From NCBI RefSeq assembly GCF_000009705.1, contig NC_003272.1, forward strand, positions 1,950,001 through 1,982,000: a stretch of DNA of 32,000 nucleotides. The letters run 5' to 3'. Both the position numbers and the translations under genes were made by a program. This DNA comes from Nostoc sp. PCC 7120 = FACHB-418 (lineage in GTDB: Bacteria > Cyanobacteriota > Cyanobacteriia > Cyanobacteriales > Nostocaceae). Positions 6,111 to 17,000 of the stretch are shown here, piece after piece; the stretch's first letter is position 1, and every line of letters begins with the position of its first letter. The notes beneath the pieces were generated by a model. The model did no database searches, had not been told where the DNA came from, and worked only from the letters and a program-made list of their open reading frames with translations.

Positions 6111-9074
6111 CTAGCGTAGAGGTAGGAACGTAGGAGCGTCAGTAGTGCTTTGGATAGAGACAGGAGTCAAAAGATCCTCAAGCAATAGGAGATATTGTTT
6201 TCCTAAGGATTGAATTGTTGTAGCCAGATGAAAATTACGAGAATATTCAATTGTGATCTCTAAATGACCATCAACTATCAAAAAGAAAAATTCAATGAGT
6301 GTGGTACGTTTTTGATCGGGGAGTGACAAACGACAGTCTCGGACAGTTTGTATAAACTCAAACAGGTTAGACGGAGGAACAGAACGATTCCCTAAATAAT
6401 TAACCCGTATAGGAGTTAGATTGCTGTCAGGGTAGAGGTATTCAGGTAAGCGATCGCCAATCCAATCATAGGTTACACCATTCATGGGTAAACTTTGAAA
6501 GCGATCGCTAATCTCTTGAATAATTTCTTGCCAAATCGCAGATGAACCCAAGGTTATACCTACAGGGAAATTAATTGCATAATTCCCCATACTTTCCATG
6601 AAAGTACTTCCTTGTCCTAAATCTCTGCCGTGACTCCGATGACTAATTACCACCCCTGGGCGATGACTCCAATTAGCCATTAAACGATATAACGGCGCGA
6701 GTAGGATCAAGTAGACATTAGAACCATAATAAGATTTTCCTTGATTCAATAAAAGTTCTGTCTGTTGTTGACTAAGGCGAAAACATTCTTTTTCCGCCGA
6801 GGCTTCTATATTGACCCCTTTCACATGGTCGATAGGAATCTCAAATCCGCTTTTAGCATCAGGGAATTGAGATTGCCAATATTTGAGATGATGCTCAAAG
6901 GTTCCTTTGTTATCCTCATTCACTAATAATTGAACAAAATGTTCATAGGATTCGGATTTAGCCTGTGGAAATGTGGGAGCAACACCCAATAAAAGTTGAT
7001 GATAAGCACTCCAAAGTTCTTTAAATAAAATTGTCGCGCTCAACATATCAGTAATCATATGGTGAGCAATCATCGTAATATCGTAACAATTAGAACTCAC
7101 CTTTACGACGATCGCGGCCGTCATCGGCCAACTGTCAATCTGAATTTTTTTGGCTACTGCTTCCATGTATTGCTCAATTTTCAGATTCCGTTCTTCTTGA
7201 CTTACCTGACTACCATCCCAATATTCAGCAACAAAGGATTGTGTTTGATTGAGAATATGTTGTTGCCATTGTCCCTGATTCTGTACAAAAATCGTGCGGA
7301 AAGCGGCATGACGATGAACAAGGTGATTAACCGCTTGATTGAAGATATCTACATTGAGGGATTGATGATAGAGAAAACGGGTATAACCCAACCACTGATA
7401 AGGAGGTTCAAAATATTTGACTAACCAACGTTGAGCTGGGCCTAGAGGTAATAAAGGTAGTAAAGAAGGAGAGGAATCAGGGGAATCAGAGGTTAATTGA
7501 GTCACTAATGCTTTGCGGTCTAATTTCCCATTATGATTTTTGGGTAAACTATCCAACCAGAGAAATCTTTGGGGAATCATGTAATGAGGAAGCTTCTGTT
7601 CTAGATATTCCTTGAGGAAACGATTTTTGATTTTATTTCCCGATATACAAGCAACTAATCGCTTTTGCCCTTCCCCATAATCAACGGCCAGAGCTGCGGC
7701 TTCACGGACATCGGGATGAGTGGTTAACACACTTTCGATTTCTCCCAATTCAATGCGGAAACCGCGAATTTTCACTTGATGATCTATGCGTCCATGATAC
7801 TCAATGGTTCCATCTGGCAATTCTTTGACCAAATCTCCTGTCCGATAAATATAATCACCAGGAATATCAGTAAAGGGGTTAGGACAAAAAGCCTGAGCAG
7901 TTTTCTCTGGATCTTTGAGATAGCCTAATGCCAATTGGACTCCACCAAGCCACAGTTCTCCCATATTTCCAGGTTGTACAGGCTGCATCCCCCCGTCCAG
8001 AACTTTTACATAAACATTATCGATAGCTTTACCAATGGGAATTTGCGTCGTCAGCCGTTCATCAGGACGTTCCGTAATCAAGTGACAAGTAACGTCAATG
8101 GAAGCTTCTGTAGGGCCATAAAGATTGGCTAGTCCGGTTTTGAGTCCATGACGGTCAATCCACCTCTGAATAAAGGACATGGGTAATGCTTCCCCACTAA
8201 ACATCAACCAACGTAATTGGGGAAAACTCCAAGTTTCATTTTCTAAAGCACTAATAAACTCCCCAAACAGGGAAGGAACAAAGTGCATGACATTAATTTG
8301 AGTTTCTTGAATCCATCGAGCGAATTCCCAAGGATTGAGAACTACTTCCCGTTGCACAGGGCAAATAGTCGCGCCTGACATTAATGTCCAGAAAATTTCC
8401 CAAACCGAGATATCAAAACAAAAAGAGGTTCTTTGCGCTACGCGATCGCCTGGTTGTAATGAAAAAGTATTCTGCATCCATGTCAGACGATTCATGTAAC
8501 CTCGATGATTCAGCATTACCCCTTTGGGACGACCTGTGGAGCCAGAGGTGTAGAGAATCACCATTAAATCGTCGGGACTGTTACAAAGTTCTAAAGCATC
8601 ATCACTTAAACTTTGCCAGGTTTCAGCAGTGATTTGAGTTAATGATTGAATTTCTCCTAAAGGTTCACCCTCATCTAAAAACATCACCGTTTGTAAAGGT
8701 AACGCTTCCTGAACACAAGCCACTAATTGTTGACTAACTTGATGTTCTGTAAGTAGAGTCTGGATAGTGGCGTGTTCTAGGATGTAACGCAGTCTGTCAG
8801 TGGGATAACCAGGATCGAGGGGGATATAACTCCCGCCAGCTTTGAGAATACCTAAAATACCAATCATCATTCTGGCTCCCCGTTCAGCCATAATCCCGAC
8901 TCTGGTATTGGGGGCTACTCCTTGAGTGCGTAAATAAGTAGCCACTTGATTCGAGAGACGATCTAACTGTTGATAAGTCAGAGGATTGGTTTCATCAAGA
9001 ACAGCGATCGCATCAGGGGTTAATTGCGCTTGCTGAATAATCTGATAATAGGGTATTTCTGAAGTTAAGGTCAT
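6111..9074 (-). CDS. NRPS adenylation-condensation didomain protein (A-C, no carrier domain)
   Basis: 987 aa. A-domain core motifs: LTYQQLD, LKAGGSYIPLDP, YTSGSTGRPKGV, FDISVWE, NLYGPTE, GELWLGGVQLALGYL, YRTGDL, GRIDHQVKIRGFRIELGEIE, NGKLDRK. About 25 residues after A10 the C1-like motif GPAQRWL begins. The C-domain His motif is HHMITDM (7047-7064). No LGxDS carrier motif occurs anywhere in the protein. Confidence 0.9.
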   Translation of the reverse strand: MTLTSEIPYYQIIQQAQLTPDAIAVLDETNPLTYQQLDRLSNQVATYLRTQGVAPNTRVGIMAERGARMMIGILGILKAGGSYIPLDPGYPTDRLRYILEHATIQTLLTEHQVSQQLVACVQEALPLQTVMFLDEGEPLGEIQSLTQITAETWQSLSDDALELCNSPDDLMVILYTSGSTGRPKGVMLNHRGYMNRLTWMQNTFSLQPGDRVAQRTSFCFDISVWEIFWTLMSGATICPVQREVVLNPWEFARWIQETQINVMHFVPSLFGEFISALENETWSFPQLRWLMFSGEALPMSFIQRWIDRHGLKTGLANLYGPTEASIDVTCHLITERPDERLTTQIPIGKAIDNVYVKVLDGGMQPVQPGNMGELWLGGVQLALGYLKDPEKTAQAFCPNPFTDIPGDYIYRTGDLVKELPDGTIEYHGRIDHQVKIRGFRIELGEIESVLTTHPDVREAAALAVDYGEGQKRLVACISGNKIKNRFLKEYLEQKLPHYMIPQRFLWLDSLPKNHNGKLDRKALVTQLTSDSPDSSPSLLPLLPLGPAQRWLVKYFEPPYQWLGYTRFLYHQSLNVDIFNQAVNHLVHRHAAFRTIFVQNQGQWQQHILNQTQSFVAEYWDGSQVSQEERNLKIEQYMEAVAKKIQIDSWPMTAAIVVKVSSNCYDITMIAHHMITDMLSATILFKELWSAYHQLLLGVAPTFPQAKSESYEHFVQLLVNEDNKGTFEHHLKYWQSQFPDAKSGFEIPIDHVKGVNIEASAEKECFRLSQQQTELLLNQGKSYYGSNVYLILLAPLYRLMANWSHRPGVVISHRSHGRDLGQGSTFMESMGNYAINFPVGITLGSSAIWQEIIQEISDRFQSLPMNGVTYDWIGDRLPEYLYPDSNLTPIRVNYLGNRSVPPSNLFEFIQTVRDCRLSLPDQKRTTLIEFFFLIVDGHLEITIEYSRNFHLATTIQSLGKQYLLLLEDLLTPVSIQSTTDAPTFLPLR

Positions 9075-9214
9075 ATTTAAAAATATCCTTGCTACTATAG
9101 CGTTTACTGGTCGGCTGGAATATAAATTTATCAGCGTTTATCGGTGTTTATATGCGTTTAATTATTGTTTTTGCACCTCATTAAGGTAATACCAATTGGA
9201 AAAAATAAACCATC

Positions 9215-9243
9215 TGTAGAGACGCGATGAATCGTGTCTTCAC
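9215..9243. repeat. Nostoc-type dispersed repeat (tgtagagacgcgatgaatcgtgtcttcac)
   Basis: Imperfect hairpin agacgcga/tcgtgtct. I recognise this sequence class as a common small intergenic repeat in Nostocales. Copy number cannot be verified here. Confidence 0.5.
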
Positions 9244-9269
9244 TCAATAATGTATTGCTCAAAACCAAC

Positions 9270-9313
9270 GAAACCGGGTTTACGGTAATTAAGAATAGAT
9301 AAAACCCGGTTTC
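9270..9313 (-). other. Perfect 12-bp stem hairpin 6 nt downstream of the hybrid PKS-NRPS stop codon
   Basis: gaaaccgggttt (9270-9281) and aaacccggtttc (9302-9313) are exact reverse complements separated by a 20-nt loop. On the minus strand the hairpin is followed by gttggttttgag. Confidence 0.6.
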
Positions 9314-9319
9314 TGGTTC

Positions 9320-12300
9320 CTACGCGCTGATGGCTAGGGATTCAGCACTCAAAACAACCACCATTTCCTGTAAAGTGCGGCAATTCAGGAGGGCTTGACG
9401 ATAATTTTTGCCATACACGCTTTCTAAACGAGTTACCAAACGAATTAGCTCTAGAGAATCGAGTCCTAAATCCGCTTCTAAATCATCACTCATTTCTGAT
9501 TCTGCGATCGCCCAGTGGCAAATTTCGGAAGTAACTTGGCGTAAGTTTTTCCCAATATCTTTATTGATAAAGATAGGAGAGACCAACGCTGAGGAAACTT
9601 GTTCTTCAATTGGTAATGTAGCTAATTCTTCAATGTGTGCTAGATAGGATTTCATCAAACTATCAATCACCTTCACATCAAAGGTGTTGCCATCGTAGCT
9701 AGCAAACAAGTGCAGACGACTATCAAAAATTTCTTGTAAAATATCAATCGTTCCGGAAGCATTCATTCCTCCTGCTTGATACTCAGTCACAGATAAAGAC
9801 CCATAATTAGGATGAATGTGGGTTTGACCTGTATAAGGAAGATACAAGTTAGATTTTAAAGCTCCTTGGATTAAAGAAAGGCTGTGGTCTGGAATCCTGC
9901 CATTTTCTAAAACAAAACTATCCCGGAAAATAACTCCCATTTGTCTGGTTTGCGCCCGGTCTAAACCACTACCAATGTGTTGTTGAACCGTTTGCTGAAT
10001 TTCGGTGAGAAATGTTTGCCAATCTTGTTGTGCTTGGGGTGGGGTAAAACTCAGGGCTAAATTTTGAGCAAAACTACTAATTACGCCTGACGCATCCACT
10101 CCCGGATACACCCGACCACTGGTAGGGATTTGTATGCCAATTTTTTCTGAGGTGGTATCCAGTTTGGCCACAGTTTGAATAAATGCCCCTAAGAGGAGGG
10201 TATTCATAGGTACTCGCCATTCACGGGTTTTGGTGATTAACTTGGCAGTGGTTTCCGCAGACAGGATATATTTTTGATTATCAAATAAAGGAGTTTGCTG
10301 ACGAATCTTTTGCTGGGGATTCCACAGGTAAGCAGTATGACGTTGAGAGTTGTTGTATGCTGCTAAAGCTCGGTCTTCCTCAACATCTTGCCAAGCGTTC
10401 ATTGCTCGCACCTGCGCTTGATAATCAGCGACTGATACAGCCGGGGGAAGGTCAGGGGTATCTTGATCAATAAGAGCGCGATAGATTTCCAGAAATTCTC
10501 GGATAATTACATGATTACTCAAACCATCAGCAATCAAATGTTCATTTCCCAAGAACAGTTGATAGACGGAATCAGATAGTTGTAACACTGAAAATCCATG
10601 TAGTGGCCATTGGGTTAATGACCAGCGATAATTTAACCAATAGTTGACTTCTTGAGCGATCGCTTGTGTTTGTTCCTCAGAAGCAAGATGTCTGATATCC
10701 TTGAGGGGAATAGCCGGAGGGGTGGGATTTTTCAACACTTGCAATTGATAGTCTGCAAAGCTTGTTGCCCCTTGGGGGATGTGGAACCGCGCCCTTAACA
10801 TGGGATGTCTATCTATCAATGCTTGCCAACTTTGTTGAGCAATCTCCAGGTTAAAGTCACCTTCAATTTGTACCTTGGTAAACAAACTATTGGAATTGAG
10901 ACTCCAGTAACTTACTAATAGAGGTAATTGACTATGGAGAATGTCTACAACATCACTTGTCTGATCTATTGCGGGAATATCAGCAGATGGGACTACATCA
11001 ACTGCTGTGGTTGCTGGTAAATCAACAGTTTGCCAAGGTTCTAGAACCTTTAACAGTTCCCCTAAATTTGATATTTGCATTAAATCCCGCAGAGAAAAGA
11101 CCTGATGGAAACTTTCCCTTTGTCCTGGGGGAATGAATTTGATAATCCCATTCATTAATTGGGTCATCATAATCGAGTCTAAGCCCAAACCCCCCTCTAA
11201 AGTGGCATCCAGACTGAGTTGTTGAGGATTCATCCCGGTAATCTTCGCCACTAAGGAGAGAATCTGGCTTTCTAAGGTTTCTGTGGCTGCAACAATTGTT
11301 GATGTTTCCGGGGAAATGGCAGCAACAGGAATAACTTCCGGTTGAGTAGATTCTGCTTCGGCTAACCAATACCGTTGTCTTTGGAAAGGATAGGTAGGTA
11401 TAGTCAGACGACGACGAATATAATCTTGCTCAAACCCAGACCAGTCAAGCCTTACCCCATGAACTGATAAGGTGGCAACACTCTGTAATAAAGATTGCCA
11501 ATTGTTTTGTTCTCGATGCAGAGATGGTAGCCAGAGGATTTGGGGATCGGATAAAGTTTGTTTTCCCAATCTGGTTAAAACAGGATGGGGGCCGATTTCG
11601 ATCAACACATCGTAACCTTGTTGGGCTAATGTCTCCATCGCGGGTGCAAACTGCACACAATCACGTATTTGCTGACACCAATATTCTGCATCAATACTGT
11701 GGGTAATTTCTGCCCCTGTCACGCTAGAAATCCAATCAATGCCAGGAGTTTGGTAATTAATCTTCGCTGCTACTTGTTTAAATTCCCCTAACATCGGTTC
11801 CATCATGGGAGAATGGAAGGCGTGGGAGACTTGCAGAGGACGGACATCAATTCCCTGGGCGGTTAAATCAGCTTGCACCAAAGCTATGGCTGCTTTCACC
11901 CCAGAAATCACCACATTTTCCGGGCTATTAATAGTAGCAATCGTCACTTCGTTAGCGTAAGGAGCGATCGCCCTCGCCACGGTTTCCACCGGAGCAAATA
12001 CAGCCGCCATTGTCCCTGTTTGGGGTAAGGCCTGCATTAGTTGTCCCCGTTGGGCGATTAATTCTATGCCTTCTTGGAGAGTATATACACCAGCGATACA
12101 AGCCGCTACATATTCGCCTACACTATGACCCAAGACTCCCTGGGGTTGAATGCCCCATGATTGCCATAGTTTACACAAAGCATATTCAATAGCAAATAAG
12201 GCAGTTTGGGTATAAGCAGTTTGGTTGATTAGGGGGTTGGCTGTGGGAGTTTGGGGATATAAAACACTTAATAGGGATTCTTTTAAGTAAGGTTGTAATA

Positions 12301-14083
12301 GGCGATCGCATTCGTCTAAAGCTTGACGGAATGTAGGTTGGGTTTCATAGAGTTGTCTGCCCATACCCACATATTGAGATCCTTGTCCGGTGAATAAAAA
12401 GGCTATTTTCGGTTGTCGTCCTTTTTCTACTTCTTGACTGAAAACGTTCAAGGATGGTTGTTTTTGATTAAAAGCGGCTAAATTTTGCCTTGCTTGTGCG
12501 GTTGATTGGGCGATAATTGCCAAGCGATGATTAAAGCTTCCCCTTCCGGTATTGGCACTAAATGCCAAATCGGCAAAATTCGTTTCGGGATGGTTGCGTA
12601 AAAGATGTTCCCAATCAGTAGCTAAGGTGTGTAAAGCAGCTTCACTTTTTGCCGATAACATTAAAACATGAAGCGGGCGATCGACTTCCGCCGGAGTAAC
12701 CGTTAACTGGGGCGGTTCTTCAATAATGATATGAGCATTAGTTCCACTTAAGCCAAATGAACTAATTCCTGCCATTCTCGGTTGTTCTGTAGGTTGCCAA
12801 GGAATAATGCTGGTAGGAATCTTTAAAGACTTGGCCGAAGCAGCTAAATCGGGGTTGAGTTCCTGAAAATTAAGATGGGGAGGAATTTCTTGATGTTGCA
12901 AGGATAAGATCACTTTCAACAAACTTGCCATACCGGCAGCAATTTCTAAGTGACCAATATTGGTTTTCACCGAACCGAGAATCAGGGGATGATTTGGGGA
13001 ACGTCCTTTACCAAAAACCCCATCAATAGCCCGCACTTCAATCGGATCGCCCAAAGCAGTTCCCGTCCCGTGGGCTTCCAGATAGCTAATTTGTGCCGGT
13101 GTCACCTTGGCATTAGCCAAAGCTTGACGAATCACTGCTTGTTGCGCCGTCCCATTGGGAACTGTCAACCCACTACTAGCACCATCTTGATTAACTGCGG
13201 AGCCACGAATTACAGCTAAAATATGATCTCCGTCAGCAACGGCACTACTGAGGCGTTTGAGAACTACCATCCCACAACCTTCACCCCGCACATAGCCATT
13301 AGCATCTCGGTCAAAGGTTTTACAACGACCATCAGGAGAAAGGGCGCGGGTTTTAGATAAATACAGGGTAACTTCGGGGGACAGCATTAAACTCACGCCC
13401 CCAGCTAAAGCCAAGTTACACTCACCATTGCGTAAACTCTGACAAGCTAAATGAATGGTGACTAAAGAGGTAGAACAAGCTGTATCAATGGCTAAACTTG
13501 GCCCTTGCAATCCCAAAAGATAGGATAAACGTCCCGCCGCAAAACAAAAAGCATTGCCCGATCCCGTATAGGCATCAATGGGAATGTGATGTTTAATTTG
13601 CCGTTTAGCATAATCATCTATACCAATACCAACAAACACGCCTGTTTGCGTACCTGTAAGCTTTTGTGGGGCAATTCCCGCATTTTCCAAGGCTTCCCAA
13701 CTTACTTCTAACAATAGCCGTTGTTGGGGGTCAAGGGCGATCGCTTCTCTAGGGGTAATGCCAAAAAACTGCGGATCAAACTGATCAACGTTGTTAATAA
13801 AGCCCCCATAACGGGCATACATTTTATTGGGGACATCAGGATCATCATCGTAATAGGCATCAATATCCCAGCGTTGGGGTGGTACTGTGGTAATGCCATC
13901 TTTTCCTTGACGTAATAACTCCCAAAATTTTTCTGGGTTGTTGGCATCCCCAGGAAAACGACAACCCATACCCACAATGGCAATTGGTTCGTTTTGTGTC
14001 CGTTCTAAGCTTTCAATCTTTGTACGGGCTTCTTTAAGGGCAATAATAGCTTTTTGTAAAGGTGTTAAGTCTTGAGTTTGCAT
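9320..14083 (-). CDS. Hybrid PKS-NRPS: docking helix-KS-AT-ACP-C-PCP
   Basis: 1587 aa. KS motifs: DTACSTS, EAHGTGTALGDPIE, NIGHLEIAAG. AT motifs: GHSVGEYVAACIAG with HAFHS, which suggests malonyl-CoA. The ACP has GLGLDSIMM (Ser codon 11174-11176). There are no KR, DH or ER domains. The condensation domain has a variant His motif, EHLIADG (10523-10543). The C-terminal carrier has ADLGLDSLELI (Ser codon 9455-9457). The N-terminal 35 aa (DLTPLQKAIIALKEARTKIESLERT) look like a docking helix. An AGGAGA SD lies 8 nt before the ATG, and only 14 nt separate this gene from the upstream one. Confidence 0.9.
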   Translation of the reverse strand: MQTQDLTPLQKAIIALKEARTKIESLERTQNEPIAIVGMGCRFPGDANNPEKFWELLRQGKDGITTVPPQRWDIDAYYDDDPDVPNKMYARYGGFINNVDQFDPQFFGITPREAIALDPQQRLLLEVSWEALENAGIAPQKLTGTQTGVFVGIGIDDYAKRQIKHHIPIDAYTGSGNAFCFAAGRLSYLLGLQGPSLAIDTACSTSLVTIHLACQSLRNGECNLALAGGVSLMLSPEVTLYLSKTRALSPDGRCKTFDRDANGYVRGEGCGMVVLKRLSSAVADGDHILAVIRGSAVNQDGASSGLTVPNGTAQQAVIRQALANAKVTPAQISYLEAHGTGTALGDPIEVRAIDGVFGKGRSPNHPLILGSVKTNIGHLEIAAGMASLLKVILSLQHQEIPPHLNFQELNPDLAASAKSLKIPTSIIPWQPTEQPRMAGISSFGLSGTNAHIIIEEPPQLTVTPAEVDRPLHVLMLSAKSEAALHTLATDWEHLLRNHPETNFADLAFSANTGRGSFNHRLAIIAQSTAQARQNLAAFNQKQPSLNVFSQEVEKGRQPKIAFLFTGQGSQYVGMGRQLYETQPTFRQALDECDRLLQPYLKESLLSVLYPQTPTANPLINQTAYTQTALFAIEYALCKLWQSWGIQPQGVLGHSVGEYVAACIAGVYTLQEGIELIAQRGQLMQALPQTGTMAAVFAPVETVARAIAPYANEVTIATINSPENVVISGVKAAIALVQADLTAQGIDVRPLQVSHAFHSPMMEPMLGEFKQVAAKINYQTPGIDWISSVTGAEITHSIDAEYWCQQIRDCVQFAPAMETLAQQGYDVLIEIGPHPVLTRLGKQTLSDPQILWLPSLHREQNNWQSLLQSVATLSVHGVRLDWSGFEQDYIRRRLTIPTYPFQRQRYWLAEAESTQPEVIPVAAISPETSTIVAATETLESQILSLVAKITGMNPQQLSLDATLEGGLGLDSIMMTQLMNGIIKFIPPGQRESFHQVFSLRDLMQISNLGELLKVLEPWQTVDLPATTAVDVVPSADIPAIDQTSDVVDILHSQLPLLVSYWSLNSNSLFTKVQIEGDFNLEIAQQSWQALIDRHPMLRARFHIPQGATSFADYQLQVLKNPTPPAIPLKDIRHLASEEQTQAIAQEVNYWLNYRWSLTQWPLHGFSVLQLSDSVYQLFLGNEHLIADGLSNHVIIREFLEIYRALIDQDTPDLPPAVSVADYQAQVRAMNAWQDVEEDRALAAYNNSQRHTAYLWNPQQKIRQQTPLFDNQKYILSAETTAKLITKTREWRVPMNTLLLGAFIQTVAKLDTTSEKIGIQIPTSGRVYPGVDASGVISSFAQNLALSFTPPQAQQDWQTFLTEIQQTVQQHIGSGLDRAQTRQMGVIFRDSFVLENGRIPDHSLSLIQGALKSNLYLPYTGQTHIHPNYGSLSVTEYQAGGMNASGTIDILQEIFDSRLHLFASYDGNTFDVKVIDSLMKSYLAHIEELATLPIEEQVSSALVSPIFINKDIGKNLRQVTSEICHWAIAESEMSDDLEADLGLDSLELIRLVTRLESVYGKNYRQALLNCRTLQEMVVVLSAESLAISA

Positions 14084-14097
14084 TTAAAATTTCTCCT

Positions 14098-17000
14098 TTA
14101 AGACAGCAATGCTTGTAATTCGGCGATTTCTTGTTCCATGAGGGCTTCGGTTTCTGCTGTGGATAATCCCTCTAGTTGGGCGATCGTATTTTCTATAACT
14201 ACACTGGCTTGTGATTCCATTGCAGATGAATCATCGGCATCGAGTTGCCAAGCAAACACTTCTCGCATTAAATAACTAACCACATCACCAATAGAGGGGC
14301 ATTCAAATACCAAGGTTGAGGGGAGAGAGACAGCAAGTAAAGCTTCAAGACTATGCCTGAATTGTACAGACATCAGAGAGTCCATCCCCATATCGAAAAA
14401 TCCCTGCTCAACTTCCGGTACATAAGACCCACTGTGACCTAATACCTGGGCAACTTCTTGTTGTACTTGGGTGGTGAGTAAAGCTGGTCGTCTATGAAGG
14501 GGTGCGGCTGATAATTTTTGGCGGAAATTCTCACCATTGCTGCCATCTTTACTTTCTTGGGTCAATAATGCTTCTAAAAAAGCTACTCGTCCTTTGGCAG
14601 CAACAATCTTCCCAAAAGCAGACCAATTAATAGCTGCTACCATAGTTTGCATCGATGCACTCCCCAATAAACCGCCGAGAACTTGCAGGGCTGCTGTGGG
14701 TTCTAAGGGTTCAATACCCATGCGTTTTAAGCCCACCTCATAACCTTGGGTAGCCATTCCCCCCTCAGCCCAAGGCCCCCAGTTAATGCTTAAACCTGGT
14801 AAACCTAAGCTCTGGCGATGGTAAACTAGTCCATCTAAGAAAGAGTTGGCAGCAGCATAATGAAGTTGACCCCGTGAACCCAGTAGTGCAGACATGGAAG
14901 AAAAACAAACAAAGAAGTCTAAAGATAAGTCCTGGGTGAGTTGGTGGAGATTCCATGCACCTGTAACCTTGGGTTGAAATACCTTGGTAAAGGTTTCCGA
15001 ATCCATTTGGGCAATCGAACAATCATTTAATACCCCGGCTGCATGAATAATTCCGCGCAACTTGGGAGAATTTAACTGGATTTGTGCAAATAGTTGAGAC
15101 ATTTGCTGATAATCACTAACATCAGCCGCTACAACTTTGACAGTTGCCCCTTGATTTTCTAAAGCACGGATTTTTTGTTGTTTCTCCTCAGACTGATTTA
15201 ACAGCCCTTGACGACTAGTTAAAACTAAATGACGCGCTCCTTGTTGTACCAACCATTCTGCTAGAGTCAGTCCTAAAGCCCCTAAACCACCGGTAATTAA
15301 ATAACTGCCATCACTAATTAAGGGTTGGGGTGCGGGTAATGGAGCGGAAATCGGCATCAAGCGGGCAACATATCGTTTCCCATCCCGAAATGCTACCCGG
15401 TCTTCTCCAGTTTTTGCCGTCATCTCTGCAATTATGGCCGTTGCCGCAACATCCTGGTTGCCAAAATCAATTAATCCGCCCCAAAGTTGGGGATATTCTA
15501 GGGCTATGACCTGACCCATGCCCCATAAAGGGGTTTGGGCAACATTAATTTGATGGCAGCTGGGCGTGACAGCTTGAGCTTGTTGTGTACCAATCCACAG
15601 TTGAGGCGCAATTTTGCTGCTAATTTTAGCTAATGCTTGTACCAAATACAGCAGATGACTATAGCACTGAGGTTGAGAATTTTCTAAATTTATGGAACTA
15701 TCTAAACTCCATAGATAAACTACTTTGGTTATGGGTTCAGAAATATCCGCTAATAATTGTTGAAAATCAGCAGCTTGATGCGGATTAATTTGATAATGAC
15801 TGGATGATAATTTTTCGTAACTCTCACCCGATGAAACTAAAATACAAGAGTCATTAACTACAGCAGCTAATTCTTGTCCTAGCCCTTGGTTGTCACTAAA
15901 AATTAACCAACGTTCAGCCTCAGAGGTTTTATTATCTACAGTTAAAGGACTAAGTTGCCATTCAATTCGATAACGGGCATTACTTAAATCTTGAGTAATT
16001 TTTGCTGTAGATTTTCCTGTAGCCAATAATTGTAGTAATTGGGGAATAAATTGTTTAGCTTCAGGAGATAACTGGTGATGGTTGCTTAATTCTTGGGTGA
16101 GTTGTTCTGTTTTTCCTGCTACTAATAAATTTAGTAAAGAAGAAGCTGGTAGTGCTTTTTGAAACTGGGGTTGAGATTCACTGACCCAATAAGATTCTCT
16201 TTGCCAAGGATAAAGGGGTAAATCCACCATTTGGCAGCCATCAGGATATAAAGACTGCCAATTTATTGAGTGACCAAGGGTATACAGTGTTCCCAGACTT
16301 TTTAACAGGGTTGCCCGTTCTCCAAAACCCCGTTTTAAAGATGGTAATATCACCCCATCAACTTCCTGCTTTCTCAAACAGGCATTGATATATCCTGATA
16401 ATACGGGATGTGGACTAATTTCTACGAATTGGGTGTAGCCCGATTGAATCAAAGCTGTCAAAGCTGGTGCAAAGCAAACTGTGTGGCGGAGGTTCTGACC
16501 CCAATAATCAGCATTAAATTTCTCACCAGCTTGTTTATCGCCTGTCACTGTGGAGAAAACTGCTAGGCTTCCTGCTTGGGGCTGGATGTGTGATAATTTC
16601 TCAACTAAAGCTTCAGCAAAGGGAGCCATTTGTTGGCTATGGAAGGCATAATTAACGGGTAATTCTTTATAAAAAATATCGGGATGTTGCTGTTGTAATT
16701 GGGTAACAAATATCTGCAATGCCTGAGACTGTCCAGAAATTACCGTTGCGGTGGGACTATTAATGGCGGCAATTTCCAATTGACCAGCCCAAGCCGTTAA
16801 TAAAGGTTCAACTTCCGTAGCTGGTAATTCCACTGCTAGCATCTTGCCGTTACCAGTGGCTTGCTGCATTAACCGTCCCCGGTGACAAATTAAATGCACT
16901 GCATCTTCTAAACTCAAAACCCCGGCAATATGGGCAGCAGCTACTTCTCCTAAACTATGCCCTACCACGGCTTTGGGTTCAATTCCCCAAGAACGCCACA

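Noticed and set aside
15900-16200. Possible dehydratase or methyltransferase domain between AT and KR of the first PKS
   Set aside because: The ~300-residue interval has no HxxxGxxxxP or SAM-binding motif. Its length is accounted for by the post-AT linker plus the KR structural subdomain.
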